64,000 nucleotides of DNA from Minisyncoccota bacterium (GCA_041389025.1 JAWKSP010000001.1:192002-256001); one strand, 5' to 3'. Counted from the stretch's first letter, positions 9,444-19,588 are shown. Notes: generated by a model from the letters alone, not told the origin. Translations and numbers: made by a program.

Positions 9444-9896
9444 TTAACAGATTTTATACTCCACAATCTTTACACTTTCTGAATAAGCCTTTTCAATAAT
9501 TTCCTGATGGTCAAAAGCTAGGTCAGGTAAATCATTTAAAGGAAACCATTTATATTCCTTGGCGTCAGTTTTTGGAGTAACGGTTGGTTTTTCTGACATT
9601 TCAACTAAAAAAGCAAAGGAGGTAAACTGACCTCTTGGATCACGATCGACAGCATCAAAATAACCAAAGAATTTCAAATCTTTAACAGCGACAGCCACGC
9701 TCGTTTCTTCTTCTAATTCCCTAACAGCAGTTTCTACCACCCTTTCTCCAGACTCCAACTTACCGCCAGGCAAAGCCCACATATTCTTAAATGGAGACTT
9801 GGCTCTTTTTATAAGTAGAACTTCCGGCACCTTATCAGAAATATACAAAAGGACAATATCAGCCACGATTGTGGCGTTGTGTGTATTTTTATTCAT
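9444..9896 (-). CDS. NUDIX hydrolase (NrtR/ADP-ribose pyrophosphatase-like)
   Basis: WALPGG...AVRELEEET Nudix box; RDPR and LAFDH motifs. Confidence 0.9.
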   Translation of the reverse strand: MNKNTHNATIVADIVLLYISDKVPEVLLIKRAKSPFKNMWALPGGKLESGERVVETAVRELEEETSVAVAVKDLKFFGYFDAVDRDPRGQFTSFAFLVEMSEKPTVTPKTDAKEYKWFPLNDLPDLAFDHQEIIEKAYSESVKIVEYKIC

Positions 9897-9955
9897 AATT
9901 ACCTCAAATTGTTAAACACAAGAACAAATGAAACTATAATAAACTAGCACAAAAA

Positions 9956-10363
9956 TTATTTATTTACCAAATAATCACTAAACCTTTCTTTTAAAGCCGG
10001 AATAACATCACTTCTTTCAAAAAATTCCTCTTGGGTGAACAGTCTCCATCTTTGCCCTTCGGTTAAATTAATTTTGCCAATATCTATCTTATCTAATTTT
10101 GCTACCATAAATAATGCTTTTTGATTAGGGTCTTTTTGTGCTGGATAAATTTTTTGCCACACAAAAGAATCTTCCGCTAAATAAAGTCCAGTCTCTTCTT
10201 CAACCTCTCGAACGGCACACTGAAAAGGTGTTTCATCTCCTTCTTTACCACCACCGAGAAAATCCCACATGTTAGCATTAAACAAACTGGGTTTGTTATC
10301 ACGTAAATACATTAACAACTTATCTTCAACTATTACAGCGACTTTTACTCCATGAAAATCCAT
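9956..10363 (-). CDS. NUDIX hydrolase
   Basis: WDFLGGGKEGDETPFQCAVREVEEETG Nudix box. Confidence 0.9.
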   Translation of the reverse strand: MDFHGVKVAVIVEDKLLMYLRDNKPSLFNANMWDFLGGGKEGDETPFQCAVREVEEETGLYLAEDSFVWQKIYPAQKDPNQKALFMVAKLDKIDIGKINLTEGQRWRLFTQEEFFERSDVIPALKERFSDYLVNK

Positions 10364-10372
10364 AAATGATAA

Positions 10373-11077
10373 TTATTTCTCTCTAAGCAACAACAATCTA
10401 AAAATATTCCCCACCACTCCCACCAACAATCCAAATAATAGTAACCCAACAAATCTGGTTGCCACATACACCACCTCACCAAACTGAGTGTCAGGCACAG
10501 TAACAGACACACCTCCCATAAAGACTTTTAGCGACCACCACATACCGGCCGGTATACTAGCGAATGATTTTGTATCTGGCTCCGTCAAATAAATTAAAGT
10601 TCCCATAATCAATAAGCTAAGCAATAAAGTGGCACCATATATCAACACATTAAACCCATAGACACCGAAAGATTCTTCCATATCTTTGTCCTTGGGAACA
10701 CGAGTAATTTTTACCAATCGCAACATACGAAGCAGTCTTATGATCCTAATCGCTCGAGCTGACTTAAGAAAAGTTAGATTACCCAACCCAAGAATGGTAG
10801 GTAAAATAGCCAAGAGATCAACAATTCCCAAAAAACTAAATACATATTTGTGTTTTGGTCTTGTCACCAGCAAGCGCCCAATATACTCCGCTAAAAAAAT
10901 AATCACTGCTACCAACTCGATAAATAAAAACTGTTTTTCATACACCACAAGAGACGGGACCGTTTCCAGCACTACTGCTAAAATAGAAATAATTGTTACA
11001 ACTGCCAAGAAGTTACCGGTCCGAGAAAACGTCCCTGATTCAGTATCAAGAAACGCTCGTTTTAGTATTTTGTACAT
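10373..11077 (-). CDS. 6-TM voltage-gated ion channel homolog with a non-canonical selectivity filter
   Basis: S1-S4 with IVDLLAILP and RAIRIIRLLRMLRLVK; pore helix FASIPAGMWW; no TVGYG. Confidence 0.85.
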   Translation of the reverse strand: MYKILKRAFLDTESGTFSRTGNFLAVVTIISILAVVLETVPSLVVYEKQFLFIELVAVIIFLAEYIGRLLVTRPKHKYVFSFLGIVDLLAILPTILGLGNLTFLKSARAIRIIRLLRMLRLVKITRVPKDKDMEESFGVYGFNVLIYGATLLLSLLIMGTLIYLTEPDTKSFASIPAGMWWSLKVFMGGVSVTVPDTQFGEVVYVATRFVGLLLFGLLVGVVGNIFRLLLLREK

Positions 11078-11120
11078 AGAACAATCATATCATGTACAAT
11101 ATCTACTTATTCCATACACG

Positions 11121-11822
11121 TCATATCGTAAGCATCCACTCCTCCAACGCCAAATCAATATCTCTCCTACCAGCATGCCCGTCATGGTATAGCTGTAAAA
11201 GTTTAGCTGAAATATTTTCCAACTCTCCTTCTTTAAAGTTACTTAAAGCACGCTTAGCTTTATTGTAGGGAAAATCTTTTATTCCGGCTTCGGTTGCTGT
11301 TTTAGTAAGTTTAGCTAAACGCATAGTTTTAAGTTGCCACCATAAAACACCGATTATTTCCTCAGTCGCTAATTTATTTCTTTTAGCCTCTTGAAATAAG
11401 ACCCAGAGTAAACGTTTATCTTTTCTGGATAAGGCATCGGCCATCGAAAAAGCATTGAATCTGTCTGTAGCAGTTTTTTTAAACTCACTTATTTTTTCAG
11501 CAAATTTTTCAAAAACTTTCTTATCTTTGGCAGTTAAACTGTTTTCAATAATAACAAAAGTTTGAGCCGAAGAAGCTAACGACTCCAAAGACAATAACAG
11601 TTCTTCATAAAAAAGAGAATCAATAGAAGGAGTGTCCAGTAAGTAAACCGGTGGCAAACCAAACAAAACCATTCCATTACTTAAGCTTGACAATTGCCCG
11701 TCTTCATAAGTCCCTCCTTCTATTTTGATGAGAATCTGATCTTCTTCTAAAATTGACTCGGCATAACTATGCGCCTCCTGCCTTACTTTCACCTGGTCAT
11801 TTCCGTAAAACAAAGAATACAT
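11121..11822 (-). CDS. holA: DNA polymerase III delta subunit-like (shortened)
   Basis: LFYG N-terminus; FNAFSMADAL...LWWQ...DLALE C-terminal domain; follows polA; start at ATG 11822, 6 nt after TACAAT. Confidence 0.72.
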   Translation of the reverse strand: MYSLFYGNDQVKVRQEAHSYAESILEEDQILIKIEGGTYEDGQLSSLSNGMVLFGLPPVYLLDTPSIDSLFYEELLLSLESLASSAQTFVIIENSLTAKDKKVFEKFAEKISEFKKTATDRFNAFSMADALSRKDKRLLWVLFQEAKRNKLATEEIIGVLWWQLKTMRLAKLTKTATEAGIKDFPYNKAKRALSNFKEGELENISAKLLQLYHDGHAGRRDIDLALEEWMLTI

Positions 11823-11835
11823 ATATTCATTGTAC

Positions 11836-14235
11836 CTAAATCTTCCACTCTTGCCTATCCGCCCAATTGTCACCTACCGATACTGACACCTTTAGTGGTA
11901 CCCCGTGATTATTCTTACCATTCAGCGCTTTCTCCATTATGGAAACCAGATCTGGAATTAATTGATTAACCTTTTCTTGCTTAATTTCAAACACCAACTC
12001 ATCATGCACTTGAAGTAAAATTTTTACTTCTTCTGCTATTTTTTTATCCTCTATATATTGGTGTATTTTATTCATAGCAATCCGCACAATATCAGCCGCC
12101 GTACCCTGTATCGGTGCATTAATAGCCATTCTTTCGGCTTGCGCTCTAATAAAAGGAGCAGAAGAATTTATCCCTGGAAAATGACGTTGTCTACCAAACA
12201 GAGTTTCAGTATAACCATGATTTCTGGCAAACTCTTTGGTTTCTTCTAAATATTCTGCCAGTCTAGTAAAGGTATGAAAATAAGCATTTAAAAAACTTTG
12301 CGCTTCCTCCCGTGACGTATCCTCTCCTAAATTAGCCTTCAAAGCATTCACTCCCATGCCGTACAAAATACCAAAATTTATCACCTTAGCTTTGCGACGC
12401 ATCTCACTAGTCACCTCGTCTGCATTTACTCCAAACACCCTGACTGCCACACCGGTATGCACGTCTTCACCGCGCCTGAAAATATCAATCATCTTTTTAT
12501 CCTCAGATAAAATAGCGGCGATTCTAAGCTCGATCTGAGAATAATCTATAGCCACCATAGTATATCCATCATCGGCTTCAAACGCTCGTCTGATGGATTT
12601 ACTTTCTTCGGTCCTAATCGGAATATTTTGTAGATTTGGATCCTTAGAACCAATCCGTCCCGTCACAGTACCGGTCTGCAAAAAAGTAGTTCGTACCCGA
12701 CCATCTTCATCGACCTGTTCGGGTAAAGTATCAATATAAGTAGAGACCAATTTTTGCAACTCACGATAACGTAAAATCATTGGAATAATTTTGTGACTAT
12801 CACGCAATTTTTCCAGCTCAGACTCCTTGGTAGAGCGCTGTCCGCTGGCAGTCTTTTTTTGATTTTTGGCTTTTAAACCAAGTTTATCGAACAACACTTC
12901 CCCCATTTGTTTGGGTGAATTTATATTAAACTCTACACCAGCTTCTTTATAAATTTGCTCGGACAAATCATCCAGTTCTTTATGCATTTGTTTGGACAGC
13001 TTTTTTAGATAATTAATATTTAACTTTATACCGGTACTATTGATTTTTGCGATTACTTTTCGTAACGGTAGTTCAATTTCTTCATATACACACTTTAGTT
13101 TTTTGTTCTTGTTTATTTCTACCTGTAGTCGTTCTTTGATTTTTTTAAAATCATCTAACTCAAAACGAGCTCGACCATAATCAATAATATCGTTTACAGT
13201 AGAGCCGGTTCGCTCACTCTCCAAAAGCCATAGCATAATAGAAGTCTCACCCACATCCTCTTCACTGATATTTTGCACCAATTCTTCAATACTGATTTCT
13301 GGATCAATATTTAAAACAGTCTTTACTCTTGTCGCTAAAGTACGAAAACCCAGCTCACTAAAAAGCGACATAATATCCTCCACCTCAAGCCCTTCCTGCC
13401 ATGAGTTTTTAGGTAGTTCAAAAATAACTGGCACATCAGTACGAATAGTAGCCAGCATTTTAGAAAATTCCGCTTCTTCTTTTCCTTCTTTTAGTAAATT
13501 TATAATTCTTGGTTTAATTCCCGCTTCGATAAACTTGTCTTCATTTTTTTCTAGTTTTTTATAGATAGATTCCAAATCACCAAAATTTATTATCAGCTCA
13601 GTCGCGGTTTTTTCACCAATCCCCACAATTCCCGGGATATTATCGGAAGCATCGCCACGTAACCCTTTGTAGTCCGGAATTAATTTAGGTGGAAAACCAA
13701 ATCTGTCTTTCACCGCCTTCTCATCATATAAAATTGTATCTTTAATACCTTTCTTTAAAGTATATACCTTTACTCGTTTTCCATCGATACATTGCATAGT
13801 ATCCATATCCCCAGAGGCAATTATCACCTCTAAATCTTTATCTTTAGTTTGTTTGGCAATTGTGCCAAGTAAATCATCAGCCTCAAAACCGGCGTGTTCA
13901 TAAATAGGAATACCAAAAACTTTGAAGATATCACGTGAGCGGTTTATTTGTGTCACTAAAGTATCGTCAGTTTTTTCTCGCTTAGCTTTATAGCCATCAA
14001 AAGCCTCGTGACGATAGGTTGGCTCCGGCAAATCATAACAAGCTACGATGTAGTCTGGTTTGAATTCTTCAATTATTTTTAAAAGCATGGCCACTACCCC
14101 ATAAAGCGCACCAGTTGGCTCCCCGTTTGGTGAAGTAAAATCCGGTAAAGCATGGAAGGCTCGATGTAAAATTGCATGTGCGTCTAAGAGAATCAATTTC
14201 TTTTGATCTTTTGTTTTAGTTTTTGCTGTTGCCAT
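11836..14235 (-). CDS. polA: DNA polymerase I (5'-3' exonuclease plus polymerase; 3'-5' exo region largely absent)
   Basis: FEADD, LRGDASDNIPG, DYSQIELR, KVINFGILYG and QVHDEL motifs. Confidence 0.97.
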   Translation of the reverse strand: MATAKTKTKDQKKLILLDAHAILHRAFHALPDFTSPNGEPTGALYGVVAMLLKIIEEFKPDYIVACYDLPEPTYRHEAFDGYKAKREKTDDTLVTQINRSRDIFKVFGIPIYEHAGFEADDLLGTIAKQTKDKDLEVIIASGDMDTMQCIDGKRVKVYTLKKGIKDTILYDEKAVKDRFGFPPKLIPDYKGLRGDASDNIPGIVGIGEKTATELIINFGDLESIYKKLEKNEDKFIEAGIKPRIINLLKEGKEEAEFSKMLATIRTDVPVIFELPKNSWQEGLEVEDIMSLFSELGFRTLATRVKTVLNIDPEISIEELVQNISEEDVGETSIMLWLLESERTGSTVNDIIDYGRARFELDDFKKIKERLQVEINKNKKLKCVYEEIELPLRKVIAKINSTGIKLNINYLKKLSKQMHKELDDLSEQIYKEAGVEFNINSPKQMGEVLFDKLGLKAKNQKKTASGQRSTKESELEKLRDSHKIIPMILRYRELQKLVSTYIDTLPEQVDEDGRVRTTFLQTGTVTGRIGSKDPNLQNIPIRTEESKSIRRAFEADDGYTMVAIDYSQIELRIAAILSEDKKMIDIFRRGEDVHTGVAVRVFGVNADEVTSEMRRKAKVINFGILYGMGVNALKANLGEDTSREEAQSFLNAYFHTFTRLAEYLEETKEFARNHGYTETLFGRQRHFPGINSSAPFIRAQAERMAINAPIQGTAADIVRIAMNKIHQYIEDKKIAEEVKILLQVHDELVFEIKQEKVNQLIPDLVSIMEKALNGKNNHGVPLKVSVSVGDNWADRQEWKI

Positions 14236-14270
14236 TTCTATAGTATACCGATTTTATAATATTGTGACAC

Positions 14271-14332
14271 TAGAAAAAAGCGGTGATTAAAGGACTGATT
14301 AAAATCAGTCTTTTAATCACCGCTTTTTTCTA
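14271..14332. repeat. 30-bp near-perfect inverted repeat between tsaE and polA
   Basis: tagaaaaaagcggtgattaaaggactgatt-aa-aatcagtcttttaatcaccgcttttttcta (1 mismatch). Confidence 0.9.
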
Positions 14333-14349
14333 CCTCGCACACCACTACC

Positions 14350-14805
14350 TCAATCCAAACCATCCACCACTACCTCACGACCACCCTCTTCACTTACCAA
14401 AAAGTTTAACCAAATAGTATCTTTTGGTAATTCTTCAGTAATTTTGCCTGCCCATTCAACACAAATTAAATTTTTACCATCAACCAATAAGTCATTAAAA
14501 CCTAAAGGTTTCAATTCTTGCACATCATCAATTCGATAGACATCCATATGCACCAAACAGCCCCACTGAGTTTTATTTGGTAGTGAATATTTTTTCATAA
14601 TGGTAAAAGTTGGACTATTCACCACCCCATCAACTCCCAACTGCTTAGCTAAAAACTGCACAAAAGTTGTCTTTCCTGCTCCTAAATCACCACAAAAAGC
14701 CAAAACTGTGGCTTGGTTTAAATTTTTTTTTAATTTTAGAGTATTAAAAACATTAGTTACAAACCTTTCTAAATCAGTAACATTTTCGATTTTTTCTTTA
14801 ATCAT
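14350..14805 (-). CDS. tsaE: tRNA threonylcarbamoyladenosine biosynthesis ATPase TsaE
   Basis: GDLGAGKTT, VNSPTF, HMDVYRI and VEWA motifs; likely start ATG 14805. Confidence 0.95.
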   Translation of the reverse strand: MIKEKIENVTDLERFVTNVFNTLKLKKNLNQATVLAFCGDLGAGKTTFVQFLAKQLGVDGVVNSPTFTIMKKYSLPNKTQWGCLVHMDVYRIDDVQELKPLGFNDLLVDGKNLICVEWAGKITEELPKDTIWLNFLVSEEGGREVVVDGLD

Positions 14806-14904
14806 ACATTGTACTAGAGATATTCTGAGAGTAACAACAGCCAACATAACATAATGTTGGCTGTTATTTTGGTAAAAAATAGTTATTCTTATTCATTTCT
14901 GGCT

Positions 14905-15213
14905 TTAGCCCTTTTTTGCTTCCACCTGCATGATTATGCGGTTAGTTATATCATTTAAATCTTCTGCTGAAGATAAATGACATTTCTTTAACTTTAATTC
15001 TCTATTAAGCTTTGAAGCTGGCCATTTTTCATCTTCGGCTTGTTTTTCAATGTCGTAACATTTACTTACTTGCCTCTTATGAAAAACATTGACCGCTGCC
15101 ACACTAGCAACTGGTACTAAATAACCACCACCAGCCAACATAAGTTGGGCACAGCCCGACAAACTTAAATAAAAAACCAAAGCTATGACTAAGCTAAATA
15201 TTCGCTTTTTCAT
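14905..15213 (-). CDS. Hypothetical lipoprotein
   Basis: MKKR plus hydrophobic stretch plus LSGC lipobox; AGGAGG SD. Confidence 0.65.
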   Translation of the reverse strand: MKKRIFSLVIALVFYLSLSGCAQLMLAGGGYLVPVASVAAVNVFHKRQVSKCYDIEKQAEDEKWPASKLNRELKLKKCHLSSAEDLNDITNRIIMQVEAKKG

Positions 15214-15354
15214 TTCTTCCTCCTGTTTTTAAACTAAATTTTACAAAAAACTTTTTTACCGGCACAGAATCATACCATGTTCACCATACCATAAATATAT
15301 AAATACACAATAGTTTTATAACCATGCTACAATTAAAAAATATTTATTTAACGT

Positions 15355-17082
15355 ATGGTTCAATTTGATGACAAATTTACTAATCTAAGAATTAACGACC
15401 TTAGAAAGGACGAGGAGGAAAAACTTATTCAATCTCTAGCTCCTCAATATGGCTTTGATTATATAAACTTACATGGTTACACCATAAACCCTGAAGCTGT
15501 TGCCTTGATTCCAGAAGAAAGCGCTAGACAAGCTGAGCTGGTCGCTTTTGATTATACTCACAACACTATTTCTGTAGCTGTTCGTAATCCCAATAACAAA
15601 AACACTCAAATCATCTTGGAAAAAATTCAAACCGACCGGCAAAATTTGCAAATTTATATGTGCTCAACCAGTAGCCTTAAGCACGCTTGGGCTCGCTATG
15701 CTGACTTAGTGGATACTAAAGCCCGTAAAAAAGGAGTGTTTGATATTGATACTGAAATAATTACCAACCTAATAAAAGATATAAAAACCACTGATGATGT
15801 AATAAACAAACTAAAACATATCAGCACCATAAACAATTCCAGACGAATCACTGAAACTATCGAGATAATGTTTGCTGGAGCAATCGGTCTTTTTGCTTCT
15901 GACATACACATAGAACCAGAACAACAAGCTATCAGATTACGCTACCGTCTAGACGGTGTTCTACATGACATTTATGATGTAGACAATTATATTTACAACC
16001 GTCTCATGTCTAGAATAAAACTCTTGGCCGGTATGACTTTAAACAAAAAAATGGAGGCTCAAGATGGACGCTTTACTTTTGTGGTCGGTGATAAAGAAAT
16101 CGAAGTTAGAACCTCAGTTATCCCAGGCGCCTTAGGTGAATCTGCGGTAATGCGTCTTTTAGACCCTAGTGTAGCCAGCTTTGATATTAACAGCATCGAC
16201 CTCAACCCCATACTTAGAGAAGTTATTGATAAAGAACTTAAAAAACCAAACGGTTTAATCATCACCACCGGCCCCACCGGCTCTGGAAAAACTACTGCCT
16301 TATACTCATTTCTAAAAGAAACACATAAAGAAGGGGTAAAGATTATCACCATTGAAAATCCGGTTGAATACAAAATTGAGGGAGTAGTACAAACCCAAAC
16401 CGGCGATGATTATACTTTCGCCTCAGGACTCCGAGCCATCTTACGTCAAGACCCTGACATAATTCTTGTTGGTGAAATCCGTGATGAAGAAGTTGCCACG
16501 ACAGCCATACATGCCGCCCAGACCGGCCACTTAGTATTCTCAACCCTGCACACCAACAGCGCAGTTGGTGGTTTTCCTCGTCTAATTGATCTAGGAGTAG
16601 ACCCAAGAATAATTGGCAGCTCTATCAATATAATGATGGGGCAAAGATTGGTTAGAAAATTATGTGACTGCAAGCAACCGGAAGAAATAAGTAAAAGCGA
16701 CAGAAATCTAATTATGGAAACAGCCAAAAAACACCCAGCCGGTATAGTGATACCAGAGCCTTTAGTGATATACAAAGCGGTCGGTTGTTCAAAGTGTGAC
16801 CAAACTGGTTTTAAGGGACGAATGGGAATTTTTGAAGCAATTTTGGTTGACGAGGCAGTTGAAGCGGCAGTAATTCGTGACCCTCGCGAACACGTCATAC
16901 TAGAAGCTGCCGAACCACAAGGCATACCCACCATGGTTGAAGATGGTATAGAAAAAGTCATTAGAGGTATCACCTCTTTAGCAGAGTTGGAAAGAGTGGT
17001 TGAACTACCAAGAAAATCCGAAAAAGCTTTACCTAATAAAAAAATTAACGATGACGACTTTCTTTCACATGTAGTATCGTAA
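15355..17082 (+). CDS. GspE/PilB-family type IV pilus assembly ATPase
   Basis: ASDIHIEP, GPTGSGKTT, LRQDPD, GHLVFSTLHTN and tetracysteine motifs. Confidence 0.95.
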   Translation: MVQFDDKFTNLRINDLRKDEEEKLIQSLAPQYGFDYINLHGYTINPEAVALIPEESARQAELVAFDYTHNTISVAVRNPNNKNTQIILEKIQTDRQNLQIYMCSTSSLKHAWARYADLVDTKARKKGVFDIDTEIITNLIKDIKTTDDVINKLKHISTINNSRRITETIEIMFAGAIGLFASDIHIEPEQQAIRLRYRLDGVLHDIYDVDNYIYNRLMSRIKLLAGMTLNKKMEAQDGRFTFVVGDKEIEVRTSVIPGALGESAVMRLLDPSVASFDINSIDLNPILREVIDKELKKPNGLIITTGPTGSGKTTALYSFLKETHKEGVKIITIENPVEYKIEGVVQTQTGDDYTFASGLRAILRQDPDIILVGEIRDEEVATTAIHAAQTGHLVFSTLHTNSAVGGFPRLIDLGVDPRIIGSSINIMMGQRLVRKLCDCKQPEEISKSDRNLIMETAKKHPAGIVIPEPLVIYKAVGCSKCDQTGFKGRMGIFEAILVDEAVEAAVIRDPREHVILEAAEPQGIPTMVEDGIEKVIRGITSLAELERVVELPRKSEKALPNKKINDDDFLSHVVS

Positions 17083-17100
17083 TTTTACTTACCTCAAAGA

Positions 17101-17131
17101 TAAAAAACAGCTGTGGTCAAGCTGTTTTTTA
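17101..17131. terminator. Bidirectional terminator after the PilB-like gene
   Basis: taaaaaacagct-gtggtca-agctgtttttta. Confidence 0.75.
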
Positions 17132-17179
17132 TTTAGAAGTATGTTATATTCAAAGCTAGTTAAAAGTTGTCTTTGAATT

Positions 17180-17405
17180 TTCGAAACCATAACTCTCTAA
17201 GCAAGGCTTCCGCATTGAAAGTGAGTACCGCGCTAAGAGAATTTACAGCATTCTCACTCTAAAGGTGAGCGCCAAAAAAACCTCGCAACGTACCCAAGGT
17301 TGCTTAGAGAGTTATTGTCTCGAATTAAATTAAAATATTCACCTAAAACCACCACAAGTGTCGACTGTCTAATACAACAACCAAAATCGACCGGAGAACA
17401 AATTA
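17180..17405 (-). ncRNA. Candidate structured non-coding RNA of unknown family
   Basis: 16-bp perfect closing stem (17189-17204 / 17300-17315), extendable with G-U on the minus strand, enclosing several hairpins; minus-strand TTGACA...TAACAT promoter at ~17413-17440; no ORF in the track. Confidence 0.55.
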
Positions 17406-17412
17406 CCGTGTA

Positions 17413-17440
17413 ATGTTAGCATATTTATAATATTTGTCAA
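17413..17440 (-). promoter_or_regulatory. Putative sigma70 promoter driving the ncRNA candidate
   Basis: TTGACA-N16-TAACAT with extended TG on the minus strand. Confidence 0.5.
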
Positions 17441-17459
17441 TACTTTAATTAAAGGTTAC

Positions 17460-17972
17460 TTAGCTGGGAGTAGAAGTCTCGAACCCAATTAATTCATTTT
17501 CTTCTATAAGAATAGGCCTTTTTTCACCATCCTTTACTAAAATAAGTGGTTGTTGATTTATTTTCATAGTCAAATCAGTCACATTAACTCCGTCTGGTAG
17601 ATAAAGTAGCGTTACTAAAGTAAACTCTCCTGACTTACCTTCTGGTAAATAATAAAGATTGTCCTTAATCTCCGCCTTACTCAACACTAAAGAGGTGGTG
17701 TTGCCTAAACCAAAATATTCTCCATTATCTAAAATATCATAACTAACTCCATACAAACCACTATCTTGTTCTAAAGTCGATCTGACAGCAGCGATAGGTA
17801 GGTAAGTCTCTCGGTTCAAAAAACCAAATTTATAAGTAATGGTGTATAAAACTGTATTTTGACTGATCGTCTGCGCCGTCTGATCAACCACACCATAAGC
17901 AAAACCAGCTTGAGGCAACAGCAGTCCTACTACCAAAAACAAAGATGTATAGAGTATTTTTATTTCTTTCAT
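17460..17972 (-). CDS. Hypothetical secreted protein
   Basis: Signal peptide ending ...AGFA; beta-rich mature part. Confidence 0.7.
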   Translation of the reverse strand: MKEIKILYTSLFLVVGLLLPQAGFAYGVVDQTAQTISQNTVLYTITYKFGFLNRETYLPIAAVRSTLEQDSGLYGVSYDILDNGEYFGLGNTTSLVLSKAEIKDNLYYLPEGKSGEFTLVTLLYLPDGVNVTDLTMKINQQPLILVKDGEKRPILIEENELIGFETSTPS

Positions 17973-18042
17973 AATTAAGTAATTTTAGCACTCAAAAAGA
18001 ACAACGACAACCAACTAACCGAAATGTCTAAAATTTGCTAAA

Positions 18043-19038
18043 ATGACCACAATGGACAAACCAATCCGAAACATAACCAAAGACAATACCAGTAATTTAG
18101 ACCAAACCCTTCGCCCACAAACTTGGGATGATTATATTGGACAAACCAAAACCAAAGAAAATTTACGAATCCTTCTAACTGCAGCCAAAAAACGCGGCCA
18201 TGCTGCCGAACACATTTTACTCTACGGACCACCTGGTCTAGGAAAAACCACTTTAGCGCACTTAGTAGCCAAAACCTTAGGCACCAACATGCGCACCACT
18301 TCCGGTCCAGCCATTGAACGAGTTGGTGACTTAGCAGCGATTTTAACCAACCTCTCCCCTGGCGACGTCTTGTTTATTGATGAAATCCACCGCTTATCCA
18401 AAAGTATTGAAGAAGTATTATATCCAGCGATGGAATCAGGTGTTTTAGATATAATTATCGGCAAAGGTCCTTCTGCCCGAACTGTTCAACTAGAGCTACC
18501 GCCTTTTACCTTAGTGGCCGCTACCACCCGCATCTCTATGCTATCAGCTCCGTTGCGATCACGTTTTTCGGGTGGCACTTTTCGTCTAGAATTTTACAGT
18601 CAAGAAGAGATAGCTAAAATATTAGAACATTCAGCTCAGGTACTGGAAATATCGCCAGATGACCCAACTATTATGAGTATTGCCAGACGCTGTCGCTCTA
18701 CCCCTCGTACCGCCAACTATCTTCTTAAGCGCTGTCGTGATATGGCTGAACTAGAAGAAGGTAGTCTGACCGAAGAAATCGTTGAACGGACTTTTTCTTT
18801 ACTAGAAATAGACGAACTCGGCCTCGGTTCTCCGGACAGACTAGTGCTGGAAGTAATAATAAATAAATTTAGCGGCGGACCAGTTGGTCTAAACACCATC
18901 GCAGCTGCTACCGGCGAAGAACAATCGACCATAGAAGACGTAATAGAACCCTATCTTATTCGCCAAGGTCTTCTCGATCGCACCCCCCGTGGACGTACCG
19001 TTACCCCAGAGGCTTATAAACATTTACAAATAATCTAA
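18043..19038 (+). CDS. ruvB: Holliday junction branch migration helicase RuvB
   Basis: [29 protein letters not shown] and RTPRGR motifs (start may be ATG 18052). Confidence 0.98.
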   Translation: MTTMDKPIRNITKDNTSNLDQTLRPQTWDDYIGQTKTKENLRILLTAAKKRGHAAEHILLYGPPGLGKTTLAHLVAKTLGTNMRTTSGPAIERVGDLAAILTNLSPGDVLFIDEIHRLSKSIEEVLYPAMESGVLDIIIGKGPSARTVQLELPPFTLVAATTRISMLSAPLRSRFSGGTFRLEFYSQEEIAKILEHSAQVLEISPDDPTIMSIARRCRSTPRTANYLLKRCRDMAELEEGSLTEEIVERTFSLLEIDELGLGSPDRLVLEVIINKFSGGPVGLNTIAAATGEEQSTIEDVIEPYLIRQGLLDRTPRGRTVTPEAYKHLQII

Positions 19039-19043
19039 AAAAT

Positions 19044-19583
19044 ATGTCAGGACATAATAAATGGTCAAAAATAAAACACAAAAAAGCGGCGACTGATGCG
19101 CAAAAGAGTAAGATTTTTTCTAAACATTCGAGCCTAATAACAATTGAATCAAGAAAAGCGAAAGGTGACATAAATTCACCTGGCTTGGTTGCAGCTATAG
19201 AAAGAGCAAAAAAAGATTCAATGCCAAAAGACAATATTGATCGAGCGATAGCAAAAGGTAGCGGTGCTGAAGCTGACAAATTGGAAGAAGTAATGTTTGA
19301 AACCTATGGACCAAGTGGTGTAGCAATTCTTATAACCGCCGTCACCGACAACAATAACCGCACCAACCAAGAAATCAAACACCTTCTAAGCAAATCAGGT
19401 TACCAATTAGGCGCCCCCGGTTCCGCTAGCTGGGCTTTTACCAAAACAGATTCAGGTTATGCGCCAAACTCACCTCTAACAATATCTCCAGAAGATGAGG
19501 AAAAATTAGCTGATTTAATTGAAAAAATTGAAGATTTAGATGATGTACAAGACATTTATACTACAGCTGATAATATAGAATAA
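19044..19583 (+). CDS. yebC: YebC/PmpR-family protein (short form)
   Basis: MSGHNKWSKIKHKK, TDNNNRT and DLDDVQDIY motifs. Confidence 0.93.
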   Translation: MSGHNKWSKIKHKKAATDAQKSKIFSKHSSLITIESRKAKGDINSPGLVAAIERAKKDSMPKDNIDRAIAKGSGAEADKLEEVMFETYGPSGVAILITAVTDNNNRTNQEIKHLLSKSGYQLGAPGSASWAFTKTDSGYAPNSPLTISPEDEEKLADLIEKIEDLDDVQDIYTTADNIE

Positions 19584-19588
19584 AACCT

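Noticed and set aside
8900-11077. Integrated element at tRNA-Lys
   Set aside because: The tRNA 3' copy is inverted and adjacent; I found no direct repeat or integrase downstream.
17180-17324. Retron msr-msd (a1/a2 repeats)
   Set aside because: There is no reverse transcriptase in the window and no long msd-type hairpin.
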